Position numbers and translations under genes: made by a program
Notes under the pieces: model-generated
Told to the model about the DNA's origin: nothing
The model's input: only the letters and a program-made list of their open reading frames with translations
Databases searched by the model: none
Shown here: one piece after another, positions 1-10,100 of the stretch
Layout of the letters: every line of letters begins with the position of its first letter
Position numbering within the stretch: position 1 is the first letter of the stretch
NCBI GenBank assembly: GCA_040954595.2
Contig: CM082588.2
Span: forward strand, 7,422,744 to 7,486,743
Reading direction: 5' to 3'
From: Balanoglossus misakiensis
Taxonomy: Eukaryota; Animalia; Hemichordata
Length of the DNA: 64,000 nucleotides

Positions 1-207
1 GCTGATATTCAACGACTGGCATGTCTCAATGAGAAGCGTCGACTCTGGAATCTTGCACCAGTGGTCGGTCTCAGCTTGGAGGAAAACCGGGGCGATGACC
101 CGAAAGGCCAACGTGATATGCACGAGGGCCAGCAGAAAACAGCACCGTTTCTGGTAGGCGCCGAATTCACCAACGACATTCTTCAGTATATCATCGTAGT
201 CCACCAT
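1..207 (-). CDS. SLC22-family organic cation/anion transporter, copy A: first coding exon only (gene continues beyond the window start)
   Basis: Minus strand reads MVDYDDILKNVVGEFGAYQKRCCFLLALVHITLAFRVIAPVFLQAETDHWCKIPESTLLIETCQSLNIS from the ATG at 207. It is nearly identical to 5721-5926. The 'D-x-L-xx-VGEFG-x-YQ...HWC' start is the typical SLC22 N-terminus. Confidence 0.9.
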   Translation of the reverse strand, partial: MVDYDDILKNVVGEFGAYQKRCCFLLALVHITLAFRVIAPVFLQAETDHWCKIPESTLLIETCQSLNIS

Positions 208-515
208 GATGTATTAAACACTCCCTACGTCAGACAAAAAATCCTTAACCCTAGAAGTCCAGCCAGGATTTTGTTCAACCTTCTAAGTTAGCTAACGAAA
301 ACGAAGTCATGTTTGCCCTGGTGTATCGTAAATCATTGAATTGTTCATTGTGTTTAATACGTCACGGTTAAAGTACAATGTAGATTTTTATTAACGTCAA
401 TTAAAATACTTCACGGCGCTGTTGGGCAACAGTATTGAAAGATATGATGAGGTAGTAGTCATTTCTAATGTGTTGTTGCTTAGAAACATTCGAGACGAAA
501 TGAAAGGAAAACATT

Positions 516-3500
516 TCAGTCATTTCCAACGCTACGTTTTTGCATTTTAAGTGAATTTTGTGAATGTTTTGCACGTCGCCTTTTCTTCGTTCCTCCAGCT
601 TCACCCTCTTCGATTGTCTGCTCGAGTTTCTTTCCCCTTGTTTCCGGTAACAACAACACGAGGAGTCCGGCGACGGTTGCCATGGCAGCGAACACGATCA
701 TCGGCAGAGGCGTCCACAGCGATTGGGCGAGGAGAACTTGAGGCGCCATGACACCCCCGGACAGGGTCACGAGGGTCACGGCACTGTATCCAAGTGACCT
801 GACGCAAATAAATTGGTAGTTATGGTAACATTCTCATCAGTGGCAACCGTTTCTCCCACGACTGAAAGCAGTCGATGACTTCCAATTGAAACTTGGTCAA
901 ACGCATTTTATTTGGCACAACACGATGGAAAGTTTTAGGGCACTCACTATCATGGCGTTCGCATGATATATCTGGTGATGTTTGTTTATTTTTAGTCAGG
1001 AGTGGTCCAAAACTTGAATATACTCGGTGAATTATCCTGATGACGACTTTCATTAACGCAGGTAAAAACATTCTGTCAAGATTCTGGATCTTGGTGTGAA
1101 TGTCGAATTACCATATTAGCGATGAAAGCTGACGGTCTTGTAAGGGAACGGCAAACATTGGTTTATGTGGAGGGAAATCTCACCTGACAGTGGTGGGGTA
1201 CAGCTCAGCGGCGTATATGTATATCGTGGAGTAAAGAGCAGCGGCTGCACTCTTGCCGACCATATTTAGTACAGTACCAACCCAAATGACGTCACTACCT
1301 ACAAACCAACAAAATCAGACTATCAGTTGGCGCTAGCTCCCTGCACATTAGTCTCGGTTACCCAGACTCCTCTCCTAGTCTGGGGAAATACTCCGGGCAA
1401 AGATGGCCGACTCGAGGCAAAAACGATGCATGATGGTTGCAGCCTCAAACATACAAGAAAAAACATGCTGAGAAATGCTGGACCTGCTAAAATTGTCCAC
1501 TAATTGAAGAGAGAGAGAGAAGCGTTCTGGAGCGCCCAACGGAAGAAGCAGAGGAGTCTGGGTAACCAAGACTACGTGCACAGTTCAGATGCACACCCCG
1601 TCCCCCTCAGACAAACCAGACTTACATTTTGGTACAAGAGTCGTTCCAATTGACGCCAGCGCTGTCACAATACTTGCTCCGAAAAACGTGAACCTGCGAC
1701 CAAGTTTTGAATCCATCAGAGCCAGCATGAGAAAATTGGTCGGGATCTCAACACCGCCAGCTACGGCGACATTAACGTAGACATTCCCGTGCATATTGGA
1801 TACGCCATACACAAAGCCGTAGTAAGTCAGGCTGGTAGTGAACCTGAAAATGACAAAAAATAACGGTTAATTGACCACGTCAACTGTTCATATGAGGACT
1901 TCTCTGACATTCACTTGTTCAGGTTTAACGACAACATATTTCCTACTCACCCAGTACTTAATGAGACAAGGTAAAATTAATGTAACATTTGGGGAAAACA
2001 TTTTTGCCCGTCGTCGACCACATCCAACAGAAAACAGCTGGACTTCTATCCCTGTTGTTTATTCTAGAATCCCAACATTTGGGAACAAATTCCGGTCTAA
2101 TTTTTTTCACGTGGCGTGGTGTCCTACTTACCCACAAAAGAACAGTATCAAAGTTTTCTTTCGAATGTTTGGATAGCGAAAGATATCAAGTATTCCAACT
2201 TTACTGGTCTTTATATTCGTCTTCTCAGCATTCTTATTATGCAAGATAGAAAGCTTCAAGTCGGATACAGGTGACGGATAATTTTGTAGCCCACACGAGT
2301 TTATATTAGGTGTGCGATATATTCAAATTGAAATATTTGGTTTGCAAATATAACCAGTTGGTTGTATGCGTATATGTTGCTTTCTAGTTATGTGCGTTTG
2401 ATATAGAATATTGTCTCGTGGGGGGGGGGGGCGCTCGAGTCTTAACTCAAATGAGACAACTTTGTTTCTTGCATAAACTAGGCTATTAGCTCACTGTGTG
2501 AAATAATTCGAACGGTATTTGACTGTTCGGTGTAAGTTGGTTGAACTTGATTCCCCGTATCTTTGCATACAGTACTCTCCAACACAACACAAAGCTCAGC
2601 TACGGATCCGAATTTTCTGTACAGCCTGTTCAGGTCTTATTTTACGTTTGTGTGACAGTATTTCCTTGCCAATCGTTACCTCCTTTGTCACGTCGTCCGA
2701 GAGTTCACTTCTGAGGGAAACGAGCATCTCATCGGGTAGAGACACTCCATTCACTCTGGCTGTCTTTCTTATAATATCCTCCGCCTCTTTTATCTTTCCA
2801 ACAGCAAGTAGCCATCTTGCTGACTCAGGAATTATCCTATTGAGGTATAAATCTTGTGTAAGATGCCATATTAATTATAACGATAAATATGTCTGCATTT
2901 ACTTCTTTAATGTTACTTTTTGTCTGTTTCTTTCTTTATTTGTTTTGCTGATTATTTATATAGTATGCTTTCGTTTATTTACACTTTATTTATTTATTAT
3001 ATATATTATTAATGTATTTACACGTTTTTTAATTATACTTTATTTATTTTCATTCATTCATATATCCATTTATTTATCCGTTCGTTCCTTTGATCACGCA
3101 TTCATTCATTTCTTATAATTACTTTTCCGTAGTTATGGAAAGAATGTAGGGAAAACTAATATATATTACAATGTTGTAGTGCAGTTTAGTTTAAAGCCTC
3201 TAGAGCTGCCACTTTTGCATGATTTTTATGATTTTATTTTCCATCTAAATAAGCTTACCGATTGGTATACATGAACATCTCATCGACGCCCGATTGTGGC
3301 TGTATGTTGCAATTTGAACATGCTATATATTAAAAGGGTGCCGCACCGATTTTATCAGCCTCCATACAAACAGTACGCAGCTATCGTGGTATGCGTTGCC
3401 AAAAGATGACAAACTGATGCAAATACAAGTAATATGGCTTAATGGTGAGGATTTTAGAGGACAGGCAATATATTTGAAGTATTTTACTGTGGAAAAAAAT

Positions 3501-5929
3501 ATGTGGAATTTGGCAGCTATAGGGGCTTTAAATTGTTAGGGCGAATACAACATACCACCAGTACGTGATAAAAGGTAGAACCGGGAGACAAATAGCCAGA
3601 AGTAAATATCTCCAGTCTCTTATCAGATAAGCTAGACACGCCAAGCCCATATATCCACAGGAGTACATGACAAAGCACAGTATGCCAACAGCCGTACGCT
3701 TAGATGGACCGACACATTCGGAGACTGAAAAACAAACAAACAAACAAAGAACATGCACGTTCAGTAGCTGTAAAAGAGAAAATACACATGACACTGCCCC
3801 GTTGACTTGGCATTAGCATTTTTGCAAAATTCGAGACATTGGTGATATCAAATTTTAATTCAAAGATATACCTTCTTTATCAGCTTTATCTAAATTAAAG
3901 CAAACTATTAATTTCATAAAGATTTTAATGGAAAACAAAAGGTTTTCCCCACATAAACACTCAATATTAACAAGAGCAAATACGAGAACCAGGGATTGAA
4001 AATTGTCCCTTTAAAAACAAATTTTCATCGCTTTTAAGATAGGTACCGTGTCCGTTCCTTACGACTAAGCTTAATAGTATAAGAACCCGTTCTAGTATCT
4101 CGACTCTCTCATCCAATAATAAGAAGCATATTTGTTATTACTTACTCAGGACAAATGTCGTCAGATGCATTCCAATATTTGCCGTCGCTACGGCAAATCG
4201 CGCAATAGCAGAAACTAAAAAAATGGGAGCAAAGATTTCGATGGCACTGTACACCAGATTTTGAGCAAGGCATATCACAAACGTTTTCATGCGACCAATC
4301 CTGATGAGTAAGTGAAAACGTTATTGAAGTACATTGTACCAGTTGAAACGTGGACTATAGCTGAAGTCTAAGACATCAGACAGGTAGATGAAAGGGGCGT
4401 CGGCTGCGACTTTTGACACACTTTGGGGACCAAGCTGTACCACCTGTGTGGGGAAATTAAATCACCCTACCTTGGAGGGGAGGTTATGGGGACCCTTTAA
4501 GACAGGATAAATGCATCCACCAGCCCAATCTGATTAAAATCAGATGTAGGGAACGGCGACGTGGTTTTTGTTATGCTGTCGCCGTAGTGTGAGGCGACAG
4601 CATAAAAAAAACCACGTCGCCGTTCCCTACATCTGATTTTTATCAGATTGCCACCAGCCATGGTCACTAGCGCTTTACAATACTAGTAAATCACAAGTAA
4701 GCTTTCACGAAGAAATAAGTTTTAGACTTTACACCCTTTAATTACAACTTAGACACACAAGAGGGGTTGGACGCACTTTGTCGCGAATAACTGTATCGTT
4801 AACCCCAAACCCGCAATGCTCATAATGTTTAACAATGCTATAGCATTTCAATATCGCAATCGACCGTGATCTTTCACCCGAGGGATTGATTATGACGTCA
4901 AATAGGTTTTTACGTGGTATTTGACGCTGCAGTTTTTGAGTCCGTGAAGTTTGTTACTTATTCCTTATTTTTTGTGTCTATATCCGTAAATTTAAAAAGC
5001 ACACAAACTATGTAATAATCCTTTGTAAAGTTTAAAAATTGATGATTAAATCTTGTCGATCTAGGCCAATATGCACGTCGAGGCAATCACTATTGAAAAG
5101 GATGTTTACTTACCTGTCAGACAAGGGTCCGTAGATAACATTTCCAAACACCAGGCCTGCTATATATATCGATGTCAACAAAGCGCTTTGGTAATGTCTA
5201 TCACAGACAAGATTGAACTGCAAAGAATGGCTAATGCAGTCACTTTATTATGGGGCTTTCAGTGATGATGTCATGATGACGTATAAGAAGGTAGTTTGCA
5301 GGTAACAATTAAACGACTCGGCGATTTTTAGAGTACATTTTTCTTTTAAAATGTAACCGTACAATGCGATTAGCAAAGGGATATTTTCATTTGCCCTTCA
5401 GAAATATAACAGTTATTATTGTAGCCGCCGAGTGTCTCAAACGACACGGTCGTTCCATAAGGTTACGCCAATATTATCAGATTAAACAGTGATTACTTAC
5501 TTCTTGAGTAATAGTTGACATGTACTGGGACATGTCGTACTCCCAGCCTTGATCACAGCTAATAATGGCGGATGAGATATTGAGCGAGTCGGCGAGAAAA
5601 TCGACACCAGATACGTTGTCATATCTGAAACAGTTGCTGAATTTCCAGTCGGTGTGACAGGCCTGCGTTGAACGCTCCTTGGGTATGGTCAGGTGTTTCA
5701 CGGTGTTTGCACAATCCTCGCTGATATTCAACGACTGGCATGTCTCAATGAGAAGCGTCGACTCTGGAATCTTGCACCAGTGGTCGGTCTCAGCTTGGAG
5801 GAAAACCGGGGCGATGACCCGAAAGGCCAACGTGATGTGCACGAGGGCCAGCAGAAAACAGCACCGTTTCTGGTAGGCGCCGAATTCACCAACGACATTC
5901 TTCAGTATATCGTCGTAGTCCACCATCAT
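516..5929 (-). CDS. SLC22-family (MFS) organic cation/anion transporter, copy B, 9 coding exons
   Basis: Exons (minus strand, GT-AG): 5929-5501, 5217-5114 (104 bp, FNLVCD...GPLSDR), 4300-4146 (155 bp, IGRMKT), 3724-3556 (169 bp, ECVGPSKR...IRDWR), 2836-2680 (IPESARWL), ~2253-2132 (LDIFRYPNIRKKTL; acceptor uncertain), 1843-1626 (TYYG...EIP), 1298-1184 (AELYPTTVR), 798-516 (LLLPETRGKKLEQTIEE). The motifs and the 104/155/169-bp exon sizes match the SLC22 family. Confidence 0.9.
1349..1574. mobile_element. MITE with ~21-bp terminal inverted repeats (TA termini) in an SLC22 intron
   Basis: TAGTCTCGGTTACCCAGACTC ... GAGTCTGGGTAACCAAGACTA. The right end recurs as a fragment at ~28739-28786 (ACGGAAGAAGCAGAGGGGTCTGGGTAACCGAGACTA). 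Confidence 0.8.
3191..3531. mobile_element. TTAA-flanked non-autonomous DNA transposon (Kolobok-like)
   Basis: TTAA-AGCCTCTAGAGCTGCCA ... TGGCAGCTATAGGGGCT-TTAA: imperfect TIRs with a TTAA target duplication and AG...CT termini. Confidence 0.6.
4526..4650. mobile_element. Foldback MITE (125-bp near-perfect palindrome) with a 9-bp target-site duplication
   Basis: Arms CAATCTGATTAAAATCAGATGTAGGGAACGGCGACGTGG...GCTGTCGCC and GGCGACAGC...CCACGTCGCCGTTCCCTACATCTGATTTTTATCAGATTG around a 9-nt loop, flanked by CCACCAGCC at 4517-4525 and 4651-4659. Confidence 0.85.
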
Positions 5930-6133
5930 GTATTAAACACTTCCTACGTCAGAAAAAAAATTCCTTAACCCCTAACCCCTAGAAGTCCAGCCAGGATTTT
6001 GTTCAACCTTCTAAGTTAGCTAACGAAAACGAAGTCATGTTTGCCTTGGTGTATCGTAAATCATAGAATTGTTCATTGTGTTTAATACGTCAGGGTTAAA
6101 GTACAACGTAGATGTCAATTCTTCTACTTCACG
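5721..6133. repeat. Direct duplicate of 1-~415 (SLC22 tandem duplication: exon 1 plus ~200 bp upstream)
   Basis: 5720-6110 aligns almost base for base with 1-385. Similarity decays over GTCAATT...TACTTCACG. Confidence 0.9.
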
Positions 6134-6387
6134 TTGAAGGTCAAATCACATTGTAATAATTGCATTCATGATGGATATCGTACGAGTATGAAGAGAAAAT
6201 GCCCGTAATTCAAAGATGAATTTGCGTCTAATATTTTTTTTTATTATTTCCTTCCAAGTTTTTCGCAACCGTTTCATTCCTTTGGTTTCCCACGGAAACA
6301 GCAGAATCTTTTTTTCTGGCTCGTCAGGGTCGCTATCCAAGTCCGAGTCACACTGCTTGAGGCTCCCAGGAAATCGTTGTTTTTTGG

Positions 6388-6668
6388 GGATCCCTAAATG
6401 ATTTATTTCGTCACTTTCTGATTAGTAATTTTCTTTACCGCTGATTGCAAGGTAAATCGGGTTTTTTTCCTGTTCAGATAACCTTGCTTTGATCTTGAAA
6501 AATGCAACTATGCTGTACTGTATTGGTCGAATAAAAACCAAATAATTCAACAAGAAAATTACTCAATATTTTGGACTGCTGAATTTCATTTTTGGTGATC
6601 CGTTGGAGTGAAGAGAGCCCCCAAGAGTTCTTATTTAAAAATACTTTGTTTTCTATGACACCCTCCTC
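6388..6668 (+). repeat. Interspersed repeat; left member of an inverted pair with 28790-29038
   Basis: TCACTTTCTGATTAGTAATTTTCTTTAC...TGTTCAGATAACCTTGCTTTGA...GGTCGAATAAAAACCAAATAATTCA...TTTGGACTGCTGAATTTCATTTT...TTTTCTATGACAC is the reverse complement of 28797-29023, apart from a few substitutions and indels. Confidence 0.85.
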
Positions 6669-7042
6669 GGTGTAATACTAGTAGTCACCACCACATTTTT
6701 GGTTTCATGCTTTGATTAAAGAAAAACAGAAATTGGCACACTTACTAGAATATGTGGCTGTTACATTGGGGAAAGTCCTACTCAGTCGTTTAGTAGAAAT
6801 TTGATTTGTCAATTCCCAAATTTTTTGTCAACTGTTGTGTACGTCGATGGGCCGGGTCGGTGATGTTAAGTTTCACTTTGCTTGTGATACATACATTTTA
6901 TGTTAATGAGTGAGTGTTCTCAGATGGGCACTTTATGTTACAATAACTTTGGCATTTTATTCCACGCCACCGACGCCAGATTTGAACCCGGGACTTTTAT
7001 GAAAACCTGCAACAAGGGCAACTTGACATTCAAACCAAGCAA

Positions 7043-7051
7043 ACCGGAAGT
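7043..7051 (+). promoter_or_regulatory. ETS/GABP-type site ACCGGAAGT in the EIF2S3 proximal promoter
   Basis: Exact CCGGAAGT ~60 bp upstream of the start codon of a housekeeping gene. Motif match only. Confidence 0.4.
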
Positions 7052-7107
7052 CGGGCCAGCATGAGTGGTGGCGCTGTTGATCATCGAAGACGAGGCTAAC
7101 ATTCAAT

Positions 7108-10100
7108 ATGGCGGGTGAAAGCGTGACCATGGGTCAGCCGCATCTGGCGAAACAAGACCTATCTACGCTGGTAAGTGTGGACCATATCCAGAGTCAAGTA
7201 CATTCGAAGTTGAGGCAACTAGCCACTAATACGATGTGTATCAGAAATTTCGAAACGCCGCGCGATATTAGTAATTTTCACTCCGTCAGCTGCGACTTCG
7301 TGAAACAGCATGATGCAACGTGTGTGTTGTAAATGACCAGTGTCAGTGAATGGCAATGCAATGGGAACCCGGAATCGGTTTGCCCTTGTCGTATAGTTGG
7401 CGATATTTTAAATCTTAGTTAAGTTGTCTTGTCACGAAACTTAGACAGAAACAGTATATTTATGCATTCTTTCGATGCAGAACCGATCTGTTCTGGGTTG
7501 CGCTGTTCCCTTAGAAACCACTCTCTTCGAGTTCATCACATGTCACAGTATGTCATAGTTCTATGGTTGGAGCTGTATACTAGTATACTGTAGCAAAGCA
7601 ATCACAACCGCATTTATACTGACCATAGTGATGATGAAATGTTTCACAAGATTCTTAGTGAATGGAAAGTCATCCATTCATCAACACAGCTGTTGGTTAC
7701 AGACTTTATGTACCTTGCTGTTTATAATTTTAATTAATGAAAATAAGTCTTGAATGAAAATGCAGACTTGTATAGGATAGCATGAAAATGCATACTGAAA
7801 TGAGACTAGTATTTCCGTATTTCCATTAACCAACTTGAGTTTCCTCCACAGGATATTTCCAAACTAGATCCTCTATCACCAGAAGTGATCAGCCGACAAG
7901 CAACCATAAATATTGGTAAGTGTGTGATACATGAGCTGAAATTCACATCAAAACACATTAATATAAATGATCTATTTCTACATAGAATGCATTTGTTCCA
8001 ATACATAGTAGTAATGGGCATGTGTACCAGATTCATTACTAACAATTAGTAACAATTTCAAATGTCCCACTCTGCAGGTACCATTGGTCACGTGGCACAC
8101 GGCAAATCGACAGTAGTGAAAGCAATTTCCGGAGTGCAAACTGTCAGATTCAAGAATGAACTGGAAAGAAATATCACAATAAAACTAGGATATGCCAATG
8201 CAAAGGTACGTACACCACCAGTACACTACTTTGTTGGTTAGTGTAGTGAGATAGTATTCTCATACAAGCAGAATGGTCTATTCACCAAGTGAATGCTATG
8301 GCTACAAACTGCACTGTAAGCACTTGAGCAGCATTTCTGGCTATCGTAATTTTCTAATAATCCTTTAATTTGGTATTAATTCGCTTGTCACTTCCTGTTC
8401 GTAGGTTTTTAAGTGCAACAATGAGTATTGTCCACGACCTGGTTGTTATCGGTCAGCTGGAAGTAGTAAAGAAGATTCTTTCCCTTGTGACAGACAGGGC
8501 TGCAATGGAAGATTTAGACTCCTTAGGTTAGTCCATATTAGCATTTTCGTTCATTCAAATAAAGATGGTTTTACTGAGGGAGCTAGAGCCAGAGTGCAGC
8601 AAACCAACCAGGCTTACTGGGTTCACCATGCCATAGGAAGCCAGCTTGTTCACTGAGTCTGCTTGTATGTTGCTAGAATATTCAAAAGCCATTTACATCA
8701 CCTCTGAAGAAGTCACACTGAAGCCCTATGGGGGTCATGCTATACAATTTAGGTGAAGCCTGGCTGAGAAGAAATCTGCCAAACATTTGCATAGTTCACT
8801 AGGGGTCAAGGTGCTATTTTCTTTCCTGTATTAAACACATATAATATGACAAATGAGAGTAAATTTGCATTAAAATAAATTAATTCTTTACTGTGTTGGA
8901 TTTAGACATCTTTTTGCTTTCTTCCTTTTCAGACATGTATCATTTGTAGACTGCCCTGGTCACGATATTTTGATGGCCACAATGTTGAACGGTGCTGCTG
9001 TTATGGATGCAGCACTATTACTCATAGGTGAGTTGCTTTGTCAGTCAAGTTCTGCTTAACCCATTCACCCCCTGTTCCCTCTATAGAGGTCCAATCGTAC
9101 CATAGAAAACAATGGGTTTGGATTGAACCATGGTGGTGAAAGGGTTAAAATGAGTGTCATACCAAAACTATCGACATTAATTTCTATGAAATTCCCTCGA
9201 TGAGCAAACACACTAGATCTATAACACCTGCATTCTTCTGTAATTTCCATCTTCACAGCTGGGAACGAGTCCTGTCCACAGCCACAGACTTCAGAGCATC
9301 TTGCAGCCATTGAAATCATGAAATTAAAACACATCTTAATCCTTCAAAATAAAATAGACTTAGTTAAAGAGACGCAAGCTAAAGAGCAATTTGAACAGAT
9401 TCAAAGGTTTGTCCAGGGTAAGTATACCTTCATTCCTTCATGATTTCAGTGTAATCTCACTTCACGCTCTTGTTCCTTGTTTTCAGGTCCCTGACTAGGA
9501 AAGTATAGGATAAACCACAATTATGAAAGGAAATGTCAATATCTTTGCATGCCATAGTTGATCAGATGTGTTTATACATCACAATCCTTCAGACAGACAA
9601 AGTATAGGCTTTACTAATTGTACTAACTGTACAGCTGGTCTAATGCCTTGAATAGTGCACAGAAACTGAAAAAAACAAACATATGGTTGGTATCAGTAGC
9701 CAAACGCTTTAACCCGTTCTTCCCCAATTCCCTGTATAGAGATCAAACTTTAATATAGAAAACAATAGATTTGGACCAAACCATTGTGGTGAAAGGGTTA
9801 AACTACCTGGTAATCTTGTCCCCTAACATTCAAAAATGGTTCGTATTTACAGGTACAATAGCAGAAGGAGCGCCTGTGGTGCCAATATCCGCACAGCTAA
9901 AATACAACATTGAAGTTATCTGCGAATACATCATCAAGAAGATTCCAAAACCAGTGAGAGATTTCACCTCAGCACCAAGACTTATTGGTAGGTTGATTAC
10001 TGTACTGTTATTGTCGTTTTCTCTCTGCCTGCTCTCCTCTCTCTTTCCCCCTCCCTTAATTACTGCATGATGTGTTGTCCCCCCTCTCTCTCCCTCCCTC

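Noticed and set aside
2519-3118. 199-aa plus-strand ORF with a hydrophobic tail
   Set aside because: It is antisense to SLC22 exon 5 and runs into low-complexity TTTA/ATTT intron sequence.
5963-5982. Telomere-like TAACCC repeats
   Set aside because: Only two imperfect units, arising from a small local duplication relative to copy A.
6972-6998. tRNA B-box-like motif (minus strand GGTTCAAATC)
   Set aside because: No A box or cloverleaf can be built around it, so it is not a tRNA gene.
7620-7800. Intronic C/D snoRNA candidate in EIF2S3 intron 1 (GTGATGA box C-like)
   Set aside because: No properly spaced box D with a terminal stem or a recognisable rRNA antisense element. It would need snoscan/Infernal.
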